Source: an uncultured Planctomycetia bacterium
Lineage (GTDB): Bacteria > Planctomycetota > Planctomycetia > CAXEIY01
Direction of reading: 5' to 3'
Length of the DNA: 64,000 nucleotides
Assembly: GCA_963996245.1 (NCBI GenBank)
Contig: CAXEIY010000221.1
Coordinates: 5,360 to 69,359, forward strand
The notes beneath the pieces are model-generated. The model had not been told where the DNA came from. It did no database searches and saw nothing but the letters and a program-made list of their open reading frames with translations. The position numbers and the translations under genes were made by a program. Position 1 is the stretch's first letter, and the number at the start of each line of letters is the position of its first letter. Positions 18,011 to 28,893 of the stretch are shown in pieces.

Positions 18011-20058
18011 ATTTGCTTCCCGGAAGGAATCGCGACCTTATCCGTTGCCGCAGATGTTTTAAGAGTGGAAAGGTCGCCCCTCACGGCATCCACTGGATCT
18101 CCTAATGCCAGACCCTTTTCAGGATCCCAATAACGAATAGTCCCATCTTTGCTGGTCGACACTAAAAGTTTGCTGTCCGGACTGAAGGCGACGAAATGAG
18201 AGGTATCTTCATGTCCTTCAAGAACAAAAAGGCACTTCGGACGTGGATGGGTAGTGGAATCTCCAAGTGTCCACACACGAACTGTGGCATCAAATCCAGC
18301 GGTGGCGAGAAACCGGTTATCAGGACTCATAGCCACCGAGTAAAGCGGGCCTTCGTGTCCCAGAAGTGGCGTCACTTTTTCACGACCGGTTTTCGGGTCC
18401 CAGATCCGCATCGTGGCATCTTCACCGGCGGATACAATCAGGCATCCGTCCGAACTCCAGACCAGCTGGCGTATCCAGTAAGTGTGTCCGCGCCAAGCAT
18501 CACCAATACATTCCCCCGAGGCAACGTCCCACAGACGAATAGTGTGATCCTTACCGGCGGATGCAAGCAATGTTCCATCTGGACTAAATGCAATCGTGCG
18601 TACCAATGCACTGTGTCCAATCAACGGTTCACCAACCGGATATCCCGTCTCCGGATCCCAAAAACGAATGGTCCGATCACGACTAGATGAAGCCAGATGT
18701 TTCCCATCAGGGCTGAATGTTACACAGGGAACCACATCGGTGTGGCCCGTAAAGGGAGGAAGTTTGGGTTCTCTCGTGTCAACATCCCATAATCGCACTG
18801 TCCGGTCCCAACCACTGGATGCCAGTGTTTTCCCATCCGGTGTAAAAGAGGTTAGATGCACCGCGTCCGCATGCCCAAGCAAGGGTTCACCAATCGGATC
18901 CCGCGTTGCAACATCCCATAATTGAATAACGCCGTCCCGATCAGTCGTCACCAGAATTTTTCCGTCGGGACTGAATACAGCTGACAACACAACGCCACTA
19001 CGACCGGCTACCGCTTCAGTTCTGGCAAGCCCGGTTTCAGCATCCCAAAAACGCACCGTAAAATCCCAACCACAGGAAACCAGTGTCTTGGAATCCGGGC
19101 TCACCGTGACTCCATAGGCTGCACTGGCATGCCCTGTAATCGGCTCCCTGAGTGATGCACCCGTATGTGCATCCCAAGAACGCACCGTGCCATCCCAACC
19201 GGATGTATACAGACGATCTCCCTCAGGGCTGAACGATACACAGAGCACCAGATCCTCGTGACCCTGAAGAGGCTCCGCTAAAGCCTTTCGTGTTGAAACA
19301 TCCCAGAGACACGCACAATTCTGATGACTGGAAGAAACCAGTCGTTTTCCATCCGGACTGAATGCCACATGTAAGGCAGCACCCGGACGTTCACTCAGAT
19401 CGTCAACCGGACAAACAATTCGCTCTCCTACCTGTTGACCGGATTGAGGATCCCAGAACAGAATGTAACCATCCGAACCAATCGAAGCTAACTGGCTTCC
19501 ATCCGGACTGAATGCCACACCAAATACAGACCGCTCATGTCCCTCCAGAACCTGTTCGCAAGTAGCAAATACTTTTCCTGAATCAGTATTTATCTTCCAA
19601 ATCCGAATCGTCCCGTCTTCACTCCCGGAAGCCAAAAGCGAATCCCCTGGACGAAAGGCAACCGACCGAACCCAATAATGATGTCCGGTCAAGGGCCCCG
19701 TCAATGAGGATCCCGTATGTCCATCCCAAAGTCTAATCGTGTGATCATGACTGGCTGAAGCGATAATCTTTCCGTCGGGGCTGAACGCGCAATGGTAAAC
19801 GCGAGCGGGACGATCCGCCAATGGATCCCGGTGACCACGCATGACAATTCCCCGAGGTTGCCCACTGATCGCATCCCAAAGTCGGATGGTGCCATCTCGC
19901 CCGGCAGATGCAAGGGTAGCCCCATCTGGACTGTAGGTAACCGCGTGTACACGGGCAATATGCCCTCCAAGATCATCGTTTTCTTCAGAGGTCATTTTGT
20001 CCGCCCTATCTACGCTTCCAACCGGGTCTGAAGAGGCCATTCTTTTCCCTTTCAACAT
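17950..20058 (-). CDS. WD40-repeat protein with about 14 repeats (two beta-propellers) and a C-terminal 18-residue poly-glycine tail
   Basis: Repeated ...SPDG..LAS.S.D.TIRLWD... units run throughout. The C-terminus reads GKQMGGGGGGGGGGGGGGGGGGK. The likely true start is MASSDPV at 20040. Confidence 0.85.
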   Translation of the reverse strand: MLKGKRMASSDPVGSVDRADKMTSEENDDLGGHIARVHAVTYSPDGATLASAGRDGTIRLWDAISGQPRGIVMRGHRDPLADRPARVYHCAFSPDGKIIASASHDHTIRLWDGHTGSSLTGPLTGHHYWVRSVAFRPGDSLLASGSEDGTIRIWKINTDSGKVFATCEQVLEGHERSVFGVAFSPDGSQLASIGSDGYILFWDPQSGQQVGERIVCPVDDLSERPGAALHVAFSPDGKRLVSSSHQNCACLWDVSTRKALAEPLQGHEDLVLCVSFSPEGDRLYTSGWDGTVRSWDAHTGASLREPITGHASAAYGVTVSPDSKTLVSCGWDFTVRFWDAETGLARTEAVAGRSGVVLSAVFSPDGKILVTTDRDGVIQLWDVATRDPIGEPLLGHADAVHLTSFTPDGKTLASSGWDRTVRLWDVDTREPKLPPFTGHTDVVPCVTFSPDGKHLASSSRDRTIRFWDPETGYPVGEPLIGHSALVRTIAFSPDGTLLASAGKDHTIRLWDVASGECIGDAWRGHTYWIRQLVWSSDGCLIVSAGEDATMRIWDPKTGREKVTPLLGHEGPLYSVAMSPDNRFLATAGFDATVRVWTLGDSTTHPRPKCLFVLEGHEDTSHFVAFSPDSKLLVSTSKDGTIRYWDPEKGLALGDPVDAVRGDLSTLKTSAATDKVAIPSGKQMGGGGGGGGGGGGGGGGGGK

Positions 20059-20324
20059 CCCTTATATTAAACAGATCGCATAATCCTGACTTCCATCCCA
20101 CAACTAGGGGCCATCCATTAGAAACACGGAACCTTCCGGCCACACATGCTGAAAACTTGAAATCCACGAGTGCCATCCCAAACTCTCTACTGAAGATTGA
20201 GTTCGGTTCCTTTTTCAAATTTGCTGAACACGGATCCTGGTTCGATGATTCATCATTCGCGCCACTCTCACCTTAACGAATCGGTACCACCAAAACCAAC
20301 TACAAACCTCATAGAAGAGCCCGT

Positions 20325-21362
20325 TTAGCCCAGGTTATCGCGAATCACTCTCAAATGATTGAGGCCCAATATCTTCTTGATATCATCGTCACGATATTGT
20401 CGATCCAGCAGCTTGCTTGTAATTTTTTGAAAAACTGCTGCGTCTTCCAGCACCGTTCCACCACCATCAAAATCTGATCCCAATGCGGCGAAGTCAGGTC
20501 CCACAAGTTGGACAATATGATCAATGTGATCGATCACTCGGTCCAGTGTTGGATGGGTCGGATGAACAAAGTCTGGAACAAAAGTTACTCCGATGGTACC
20601 TCCATGATGGGCCATGTCCCGAATCTGATCATCCGTCAGATTACGGGTGTGTTCGCATAGCGCTCGACAACAGCTGTGACTTGCAATCAGAGGTTTGGTT
20701 GACAATTCAAGCACATCATAAAACCCCTTTCTGCTGATGTGTGAAATATCGACTATCATTCCAAGACGATTCATCGTTTTAACCATTTCCACTCCGAAAT
20801 GAGTAAGTCCGCTTTGCGATCGCTCTTCGTAATTACCATCCGCAACATCAGATCGGAGATTATGGGTAAGGCCCATACTACGAATTCCGAGGCGGTACAG
20901 CATTTCTAAAACGTGCAGACTCCCCTCACAAACATCACTGTTTTCAATCGCCAGAACCGCAGCAAGTTTTCCTGATTTTTTCGCATTTTCAATATCGCTA
21001 CTGGTACAAACCCGCTGGACAACATCCTTATGCTCTTCCAGTTGCCAGGAAAAGAATCCATGTCCGTCCAACGCGTAGGCAAGATGGTTTTTCCACGCAC
21101 GGCTGACGTCAACATGAAAAAAACTACAATCGACTCCACCACGGATCATCTTCGGGAAATTCAACTGTACTTCAGTAGCTGAGACGGATCCATCCAGGGG
21201 ACCTCTCAACCAGCCAATCAATGAGTCCGGACCGACTCCTCTCCTGTTTGGGTTGTCAAAGCTTTGGTTGCCGCGACGAATATGTGAAACGATACTGTCA
21301 TTGTGTGTATCGATCACCAGCGATTGAAAATGGAGAGTCGTGGCATGAGGATAGGGAGGCAT
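20325..21362 (-). CDS. Membrane dipeptidase (peptidase family M19)
   Basis: VIDTHNDS at the N-terminus, MGLTHNLRSD and DISHIS motifs, and the C-terminal LGSDFDGG are all characteristic of M19. Confidence 0.85.
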   Translation of the reverse strand: MPPYPHATTLHFQSLVIDTHNDSIVSHIRRGNQSFDNPNRRGVGPDSLIGWLRGPLDGSVSATEVQLNFPKMIRGGVDCSFFHVDVSRAWKNHLAYALDGHGFFSWQLEEHKDVVQRVCTSSDIENAKKSGKLAAVLAIENSDVCEGSLHVLEMLYRLGIRSMGLTHNLRSDVADGNYEERSQSGLTHFGVEMVKTMNRLGMIVDISHISRKGFYDVLELSTKPLIASHSCCRALCEHTRNLTDDQIRDMAHHGGTIGVTFVPDFVHPTHPTLDRVIDHIDHIVQLVGPDFAALGSDFDGGGTVLEDAAVFQKITSKLLDRQYRDDDIKKILGLNHLRVIRDNLG

Positions 21363-21510
21363 TCTATATCACTCCCGAACCGGTATTGTAGGATAGATTC
21401 CTCATCCATCAACACACGGCGTAGTGGAAACTAATGGTAACAGCACACAGCAGAAAAAAGGCACATGGGCTCGTCGTTTCGAGACCATGTGCCATGTAAA
21501 ATGGGTCTAT

Positions 21511-22635
21511 TTATTTCGGCAATTCATAACCCTGTTGATTCAACCGAATTCGATAAAGACTTTTACCTGCAGTAATGTAAAGCAGATTTCGATCCGATCC
21601 TCGGCCAAAACCAACATTTGTCGGGACTTCTGTCTTGATATAGGCCAATTCTTTTCCATCGGGAGAATACACACAGATACCCGGTCTGGTTTCATCCCGG
21701 ACGGCAACGTACAGGTTTCCATCACGATCTGCAACCAGTCCATCAGGGCCATCTTGGGGTGCGTAGTCAACCAGGACTTTTCGAAAGGATGCTGTCCCTT
21801 CGGGTGAAAGATCGTATGCCAGCAAAGCCATACGCCCTTTGTAAGATGGCGCATCCATAGGAACGCGATCCAATCCCGTAGAACCATTGTCATTACTCAC
21901 GACATAGATTGATTTTTGATCGGGTGAAACACAGATGCCATTGGGCTTTCCGGCATCGGTAATGATGCGTTCAATCTGACCATCAGGATCAATCCGGTAA
22001 ACGGACATGGTAACCTGATCCAGCGGTTCGTGTCCGAGATAACGCGGGTCACTGAAATAGATACGCCCTTTTTCATCTATCGAGATGTCATTTGGAGAGT
22101 TGAACGGACGTCCCTCATACAGACCCGCTATAACATAGCTTTTTCCCGTTTCCATATCGGTACGTATCACGCGCCTTCCACCAAAATCAGCTCCTTCAGC
22201 CACAATCATATCGCCATTGCGATCAAACTTTATGCCATTTGACATCCCGCTGGGCGATCGAAAAATTTTGGTGATTCCCGTCCCCGGATCAAATTGCCAT
22301 ATATGACCGGCTTCAGAAAATCCATTTTCATCCTTGGACTGATATGTGAAGGTGATGTCACTGAAATAAAGCTTGCCATCATGTCCTGCGGCCACTCCTT
22401 CCGTCAGAACTTTCCCTCCATCGAACACCAGTTCCAGCGATGCGTTGGCCGGTACGATCGTTGTCTGTGAAACCGGAGTACCGTCATCTCCCACAACAAT
22501 GGATGCAGGAAAACTGAGCAATAGCAGTGCAAAACAGAAACCCGATCCTAATCCCAATCCTTCTCGAAGTCGCATAACCTGTTCCTTTCTCTCTCCACAA
22601 TAAATCAAAATTCGTGAAACAAAAGTTCTTCTCAT
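21511..22635 (-). CDS. SMP-30/gluconolactonase/LRE-like beta-propeller protein, secreted
   Basis: Repeated D..G.iY.sD blades and PNGICVSPDQKSIYVV. The signal peptide begins at the internal MRLREGLGLGSGFCFALLLLS, so the likely start is about 22575. Confidence 0.7.
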   Translation of the reverse strand: MRRTFVSRILIYCGERKEQVMRLREGLGLGSGFCFALLLLSFPASIVVGDDGTPVSQTTIVPANASLELVFDGGKVLTEGVAAGHDGKLYFSDITFTYQSKDENGFSEAGHIWQFDPGTGITKIFRSPSGMSNGIKFDRNGDMIVAEGADFGGRRVIRTDMETGKSYVIAGLYEGRPFNSPNDISIDEKGRIYFSDPRYLGHEPLDQVTMSVYRIDPDGQIERIITDAGKPNGICVSPDQKSIYVVSNDNGSTGLDRVPMDAPSYKGRMALLAYDLSPEGTASFRKVLVDYAPQDGPDGLVADRDGNLYVAVRDETRPGICVYSPDGKELAYIKTEVPTNVGFGRGSDRNLLYITAGKSLYRIRLNQQGYELPK

Positions 22636-23193
22636 CGGATCGACATCATCCCTGTTTGCCGTTCGGCCTTTCAGGATAGTTGACGTAATAACAAATGCAA
22701 GAAACTCTCTTATCGATCGCTGGTTTGTTTTTCTTTGGACTGTCCAGATCGGACGATAGGCTAACCGAAAACACGTTTTATAGATCGACTTGTTGATGAC
22801 ATCGAAACACTCTGGTCACATTTCATGTGCCTGTTTGAACAGATCCCGTAATCACACAAATAATCCTCAGTTTAATGAGCCTCTCCTACGATGAGACAGC
22901 TCCGGTACCATCCTATTTCAATACTCGCTTTACTCCTGGCTCTAGAACACAATCCCATCCCCGTTTCCGGAAACTAAACACGTAGACCACGGTGACAACC
23001 ACCATGGCATGGATTACAACTATTCAGACAGATACACCCCTCCGGTCCTACTCCGAGCCAACAATTTCGCCGGACTATGGAGATGTAAATCTATCGCGAA
23101 AATCATTGACCAGATTGTGGATCAATGGACGGACCTTTTCGAAAACCTGAACATCAAGCTTCCACCCAACAGAGGAGTGATCGTCACCTGTCT

Positions 23194-24369
23194 TCACCAC
23201 CCTTGCGCACGTCTTGACAACACCTGTTCATACAACCTCAACATGCTGTCGAACTGCCTCTCCGGTAAGAAAACAGAGGACAATCCAGACTGACTAACCG
23301 CTGACTGCTGTGTCTTCGAGACTTTTTTATCAATGGCATCCAGAATGGTATTCGTACATACCGAAACATCATGAGACGGTACCAGCCTCCCCAAATCTGG
23401 ATGTAATTGCATGATCTCCGACGTTCCTCCAACATCGGTCGCCACCACACAAATACCCATTGCGAACCCTTCCAGTGCTGCTCGAGAGAGCGGTTCCTGA
23501 CGTGACGGCACCACCAGAACATTCAAATCACTCAGCATTGATGGGATATCTGATCGATATCCCATGAAATGTACTCTGGAAGTAAGGGGGGATTGTGCAG
23601 CCTTTCGATGTAGTAATTGTTCATAATCCCGACTTTCCTGCTTTGTTGAGTAACGTTCCCCAATCATCACAAAGTGAACTGACGGGTCTATCCGGGCTAT
23701 ACCTTCTGCCGCATCCAGAAAAAAGTCCTGACCTTTTCGAATGGCTATCTGCCCCACACATCCTACAAGAGGGACTTCTGGCAAAAGTTTTAACTCGTGC
23801 CGAAGCAGACCTGGACTTGCCGACCGCTGAAGCATTTCCACGTCAACCGCATTGTAGATTGTTGTTACCTGTTCCTGGGAAATCCCCTGTTTCAAAAGGC
23901 TTTCACGTACCGCTTCCGAAACAGCAATAAGCTTGTCCACCTGCGATAAGCGTGTCCGATGAGATTGAGAAAGAGACATGATATCACGCACATGTGCCAC
24001 ACATGGAATCTGCATTCGCTCAGCCAGCATAAAGGCCGTATCAGCCATCATCAGCGAATTCGAATGGACAAGTTGTACATGCTGACTCTGCAAAGTCTCT
24101 ATGATTTGCTCCGCGGCACGTTTTCCCTGCTTCGGCCAGGGAATATGTATCACACCAAGATCGGACAGTTGGTCGGCAAGCAATCCTTTGCAAGGAGCGA
24201 CGACAACGGCATGCCCCTCGTTATTAATCCATTGTGAAAGAAAAGTCAGCAGTGACCGTTCTCCCCCAAGCAGCGTCGGGAATTCACATAGATAAGCCAC
24301 CTTTAACAGGGGCGGGATTGGTGTTTCAGTCACGATATACCAAGCTGTAAAAAACCGGTATGACCACAA
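23194..24369 (-). CDS. Glycosyltransferase family 4 (GT-B, 'glycosyl transferases group 1')
   Basis: EGFAMGICVVATDVGGTSEIM is an EX7E-type motif, and the N-terminal KVAYLCEFPTLLGGERS is typical of GT4. The ATG at 24369 overlaps the upstream RND gene by 44 bp. A GTG at 24300 is the more plausible start. Confidence 0.82.
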   Translation of the reverse strand: MWSYRFFTAWYIVTETPIPPLLKVAYLCEFPTLLGGERSLLTFLSQWINNEGHAVVVAPCKGLLADQLSDLGVIHIPWPKQGKRAAEQIIETLQSQHVQLVHSNSLMMADTAFMLAERMQIPCVAHVRDIMSLSQSHRTRLSQVDKLIAVSEAVRESLLKQGISQEQVTTIYNAVDVEMLQRSASPGLLRHELKLLPEVPLVGCVGQIAIRKGQDFFLDAAEGIARIDPSVHFVMIGERYSTKQESRDYEQLLHRKAAQSPLTSRVHFMGYRSDIPSMLSDLNVLVVPSRQEPLSRAALEGFAMGICVVATDVGGTSEIMQLHPDLGRLVPSHDVSVCTNTILDAIDKKVSKTQQSAVSQSGLSSVFLPERQFDSMLRLYEQVLSRRAQGW

Positions 24370-27300
24370 GTGTCAGGACGGTCGCAAAACACAATCCGAA
24401 AATAATGGATCCCGTCAGAGGCTGCCAGAATTCATTCCCTCCGGAAATATTCAGAAACAGAGGCAGCAATCCTCCAGTCGTAGTCAACGTGGTAAGAAGA
24501 ACCGGGCGAAATCGTGTTTGTCCGGCAGTTACCAGTGCCTCACCAACCCTTTTCCCACTTGCACGGAGCTCATTGGTGTAACTGATCATCACAATCGCAT
24601 CATTAACAACAATACCGGTAAGACAAACCAGACCAATGAAAGCCGGCAAACTGAAATGAAAACCCATAATCCACAGCCCCAGCACCACACCCACAAAACT
24701 AAGCGGCACGGTTACCATCACAACCATCATAAGGCGAAAACTATTGAATTGAATCGTAAGAATCGCCGCGATGGCACATACAGCGAACGTCATCGATTGT
24801 AATAAATCCTGAAAACCTTCATCGCGATCTTCATTTTCACCGGTGAAATGTGCTGTAATTTCTCTCCATGTAAACTGGTTGTCATCCTCATTCACAACAG
24901 AAAAACCCATTTCCGCCATAGCGGGACGCATCGCGTAAAAAATATCATCCGGTGTGAATCCTCTAGAACTGTCGACATTACATCGAACCGTCACAGCACG
25001 CCGACGATCACGCCTTGAAATATTATAAAGTCCTGTATCCAGACGTACCTGAGCTACTTCGTCGAGTGTGGAAACCCTTCCGGAAGTACCTCGCAACAAG
25101 AGATCCTTGATGTTTTCAATCGATCGTTGTTGACTTGGTTTCAGCTGTAATCGAACGTTGATCTCTTCGTCGTCCAAATCCATGCGAACCGTGGTATCTC
25201 CCAGCATGGCAGTCTGCACCGTTCGTGCAATATCGCCTTCCGTAATACCCTGTAAGCCACATAAACTCGGAACGGGGTCCACAACGATTTCCGGACTATC
25301 CGGTCGATAATCACTTTTCACATCGCGTGTTCCGTCAATGGATCGCAGCTGATCCGCAACCCGGTTGCTCCATTTACCCAATGTCACCAAGTCATCTCCC
25401 TGAAGTCGAATAGCAACTGGAGATCCACCGGGAGGTCCTTCGGTCACTTTTTCAATTCTAATTTCAGCGCCAGGAATGATCGGTAATTGTTGACGAACCT
25501 CTTCCAATATTTCATTCAGCGATCGCTCCCGTTGATTAGGCTGTACCAACTCAACCAAGGTTCGACCGAATTCCGGCCCAACTGCCGGATCATTGTCCAA
25601 ACGATTACTGATTCCTCCAGTCGTCCCAATAGTCGTTACAAAACTCAGCATTTCTCCTTTTTCGAAAAGTGCATTCAAAGGCTCGGCTATTCGTGTGGCG
25701 ACCGCTTCTGTTTGATCAATGCTGTACCCAATCGGAAGTTCGAAGAAAATATCAAACTGACCACGATCACTTTCCGGAAAAAAAGTAAACGGAATTCTAC
25801 CGGTGGACAGCATGACTACGGCTAAGCTAAATGCATAAGCTGTTAGCAACACCGTAATCCACTGGTGCGCAATTGCGGACTTCAACAACCGCACATAAAA
25901 CTTTTGAAGGAATCGTATTCCTCCCACATGGATTGTCTGTTCCTTCTCTTGAACCATGCCATCATGATCATCTGTGGAAGGATTCCTTTGCGCTTTATAT
26001 GACACCGGTTCCACATGGACAGACGATCGTCTGCTGAAAAAACGGCTGCATGCAACAGGAAGCAGAAAATGATCGACTAATACGGATCCAAAAAGAGCAA
26101 CGGTAACCACTTTTGGTAACACGGCCATGAACTCACCGGTAATTCCCGAAACCATAAGCATCGGCAAAAATGCTGCAATCGTAGTCAGATCTGCAGCAAT
26201 CACGGGAATACCCACTTCGCCAATCCCCTGCTTCGCAGCCTGAACAGGGTCCTTTCCAAGTTCGATGTGACGATAAATATTCTCCACTACAATTATCGCA
26301 CCATCCACGACCATTCCCATTACAAGAATGCTTGAAAAAATAACCATGTTATTTACGGCATTTCCGGAAACGTAAAGGAACACCAGGGTTATTGCTGCAG
26401 TAACGGGAAGGGCTGTTGTTACAAGTGCAGCGGAACGAAATCCCATAAGAACACATAACAACACCAGAACCATCATGCCTCCGTAGAGTGCACTGGATCC
26501 GATCGTTTCAAACATGATCCGAATCTCATCACCTACATCGCGAGTAGCCTGTATTTCCAGTCCCGGATAACGCAGTTCCAATTCCGCTATTCGACGCTTG
26601 ATCGCTTCGAGTGTATCAAGCATGTTAATCTGAGCCTTTTTCCGAACAACTAATGTGACACACCGGATACCGTTAAGCTGGCTGATACTTTTAACCCTTC
26701 GATGCGTATCCTTCACTTGCGCCACATCCCGGATATGGACTAGCCGTCCGTTTCGATTAGCAATCACCACGGCTGCGATATCGGCTGGTGTTTTAAACCG
26801 AGTCTCACTTCGCACCTGCAATACGTAGGTTTTGTCGGACAAGCTTCCTGCTGGTAGACCGGTATTAGATTCCTGGAGTACCTGACGAATATCACCTAAT
26901 GTTAACCCGTACTGCATCAGCAAATCGGCATCTACATTGACATGAATTTCTCTTTCCAGCCCCCCGAAAACTTCCGCCTCCGCAACTCCTGGAATAATTT
27001 CCAGTTCTTTGGACACGTCTTCTGCAATTTCTTTTAGCTTTCGAGGCCCCATTTCGCCGGCGATGTTAATCAATATCATCGGAAGATCATCAAAGCTGAT
27101 ATCCGTAACGATAGGTTCCACATCTCGGGCCTGAGGTAACTCACGTCGAATCTGATCGATAAGGTTTTGAACATCTGTCCGTGCTTGGTCGATTGCTACA
27201 TGATCCTGAAAAACAATCTGGGTAACACCGGAACCCCGCATACTTGTCGACGTGATGTAATCGACATCATCCAGTTGAGCCAACTGATCTTCAATCTTTC

Positions 27301-27550
27301 GGGAAATGTCCCGCTCAACTTCATCGGGCTGTGCCCCGGGGTAAGGGACCGCCACCATGACCACTGGAAGCGTTACAGAAGGTGTCCGTTCTACAGCCGT
27401 GTTAAACACAGCCAAAACAGCAGCAACCATCACAACCAGTGTGGCAACCATCACAATCCTTGGACGATCAATAGCGCGTTCGCTAATTTTCATGATGGCT
27501 AAAGTTCGTCGAAGGAGAAGTTGCGTAACTAGTCGATTCCAATAAACCAT
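24326..27550 (-). CDS. RND efflux transporter permease subunit (AcrB/HAE1-like)
   Basis: About 1050 aa with 12 TM segments and two large periplasmic loops, showing AcrB-like conserved blocks. The likely true start is MKISERAIDRPRIV at 27493, which overlaps the stop of the adaptor gene by 11 bp. Confidence 0.9.
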   Translation of the reverse strand: MVYWNRLVTQLLLRRTLAIMKISERAIDRPRIVMVATLVVMVAAVLAVFNTAVERTPSVTLPVVMVAVPYPGAQPDEVERDISRKIEDQLAQLDDVDYITSTSMRGSGVTQIVFQDHVAIDQARTDVQNLIDQIRRELPQARDVEPIVTDISFDDLPMILINIAGEMGPRKLKEIAEDVSKELEIIPGVAEAEVFGGLEREIHVNVDADLLMQYGLTLGDIRQVLQESNTGLPAGSLSDKTYVLQVRSETRFKTPADIAAVVIANRNGRLVHIRDVAQVKDTHRRVKSISQLNGIRCVTLVVRKKAQINMLDTLEAIKRRIAELELRYPGLEIQATRDVGDEIRIMFETIGSSALYGGMMVLVLLCVLMGFRSAALVTTALPVTAAITLVFLYVSGNAVNNMVIFSSILVMGMVVDGAIIVVENIYRHIELGKDPVQAAKQGIGEVGIPVIAADLTTIAAFLPMLMVSGITGEFMAVLPKVVTVALFGSVLVDHFLLPVACSRFFSRRSSVHVEPVSYKAQRNPSTDDHDGMVQEKEQTIHVGGIRFLQKFYVRLLKSAIAHQWITVLLTAYAFSLAVVMLSTGRIPFTFFPESDRGQFDIFFELPIGYSIDQTEAVATRIAEPLNALFEKGEMLSFVTTIGTTGGISNRLDNDPAVGPEFGRTLVELVQPNQRERSLNEILEEVRQQLPIIPGAEIRIEKVTEGPPGGSPVAIRLQGDDLVTLGKWSNRVADQLRSIDGTRDVKSDYRPDSPEIVVDPVPSLCGLQGITEGDIARTVQTAMLGDTTVRMDLDDEEINVRLQLKPSQQRSIENIKDLLLRGTSGRVSTLDEVAQVRLDTGLYNISRRDRRRAVTVRCNVDSSRGFTPDDIFYAMRPAMAEMGFSVVNEDDNQFTWREITAHFTGENEDRDEGFQDLLQSMTFAVCAIAAILTIQFNSFRLMMVVMVTVPLSFVGVVLGLWIMGFHFSLPAFIGLVCLTGIVVNDAIVMISYTNELRASGKRVGEALVTAGQTRFRPVLLTTLTTTGGLLPLFLNISGGNEFWQPLTGSIIFGLCFATVLTLVVIPVFYSLVYRD

Positions 27551-28718
27551 CCACGATTTCCACTTTTACTCCAGGTGCCAAACGCCTCTGTCCCTGAACG
27601 ACCACCGTGTCTACTCCTTCCGGAAGCTTTCTAAGCATCACATAGTCATCCTGAAAAATAACTTGATTCAAACGATGACGACGGGCCCGTTGATTTTCAT
27701 CCACAGAAAAAAGAAACACTTCTCCCTGATCCAGAATGATCACGTTGGGCTGAAGCCGAAATCCTCGTGTTGTTTCAATCACAATACGAGCTCGAGCAAC
27801 CAGACCTGGACGAATGAGTCGCTCTGTATTTGACAGCAATACTTCGACACGAAATAATCCGGAATCCTGATCCGCGGATGGTGCAATACGACGTACCACT
27901 CCTTCCAATACCCGTGTGCTTTGCCGAGCTTCATAATTTCCCCACATGGATACCTGAACTTCCATGCCTTCTTTTAATCGCAGTATTCGACCCTCTGGTA
28001 CACCCAAAACAAGTAACACTTCAGAAACATTCAATAACTCAAACACTGCCTCATTCGGGGCCACGGTTTCTCCAGGATTAACGAGACGTCGACTGATCAC
28101 TCCAGCAGTCGGTGCAATAAGATAGGTCTCTTCAATGCCTTTCCGAACCAGGTCAACACGTGCTTCGAACAACGCCAGATCACGCAGAGCATCCTGGTAC
28201 TCCTGATCACTGACTGCACGGGTCTTGCGCAGCTCACCTGTCCGCTGAACCTGATCCTGTGCCCGTTCCAACGCCGCTCCTGCCTCACGGAGCTGAACCC
28301 GTAATCGACTTTGAACCAATTGTCCCATTATTTGATCCGGTTCAACCCGGTCACCGACATCCAGTGCAACACCTTGCTCATTCTTGCCAAGGGAATGAAC
28401 ATGACCCGAAACATTAAAGCTGAGAGCATAACGCCTAAGAGGTTCTATCATCCCTGCATATTCGTCGACTATTTCAAGTGTTTCCACCTGAGGGACCATT
28501 ACTGAAACGGGAATAAGAGTACGTTCCAAATCCGAATCAGGTGCGGGAGGTGGATTCGTGTACAGTACTACCAGAAGTCCGATTCCTGCCAGCAGCAGAC
28601 AACACGTAAGCAAGATGCGTAACTGAATGGTTCCCTTAACATTACAGCGAGACATCCGACCGAATCTACGATTATGTAACGACACTGTTTCTCCTGAAAC
28701 CATTACAGCGCTGACCAC
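27483..28718 (-). CDS. RND efflux periplasmic adaptor (membrane fusion protein, HlyD/AcrA family)
   Basis: An N-terminal TM or signal segment, coiled-coil hairpin segments, and beta-barrel/MP domains. It lies immediately upstream of the RND pump on the same strand. Confidence 0.82.
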   Translation of the reverse strand: MVSAVMVSGETVSLHNRRFGRMSRCNVKGTIQLRILLTCCLLLAGIGLLVVLYTNPPPAPDSDLERTLIPVSVMVPQVETLEIVDEYAGMIEPLRRYALSFNVSGHVHSLGKNEQGVALDVGDRVEPDQIMGQLVQSRLRVQLREAGAALERAQDQVQRTGELRKTRAVSDQEYQDALRDLALFEARVDLVRKGIEETYLIAPTAGVISRRLVNPGETVAPNEAVFELLNVSEVLLVLGVPEGRILRLKEGMEVQVSMWGNYEARQSTRVLEGVVRRIAPSADQDSGLFRVEVLLSNTERLIRPGLVARARIVIETTRGFRLQPNVIILDQGEVFLFSVDENQRARRHRLNQVIFQDDYVMLRKLPEGVDTVVVQGQRRLAPGVKVEIVDGLLESTSYATSPSTNFSHHEN

Positions 28719-28893
28719 CTACATTGCCTCACACCCATCACCTCATCCGGTGGAAGCTCTGCCTGTAATCGTATTACTTCCTGTTTCCACAGAAAGGTTC
28801 TTTACTTCTAAGATACCCTCACTCTTAGAACATCTGCAATCCAACTCATCAATAAGTAGTTGGATAACCTGACTTGCTGCGACCAACATCATC

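Noticed and set aside
17876-18133. Plus-strand ORF encoding a poly-proline stretch (85 aa)
   Set aside because: It is the antisense reading of the (GGN)18 tract in the WD40 gene. The WD40 frame is long and has strong repeat structure, so the poly-Pro ORF is an artefact.
23009-23293. 94-aa ORF overlapping the 3' end of the GT4 gene on the opposite strand
   Set aside because: It has no recognisable motif, no RBS, and a 100-bp antisense overlap with a well-supported gene. It is probably spurious, though a small protein or sRNA in the 560-bp spacer 22635..23194 cannot be excluded.
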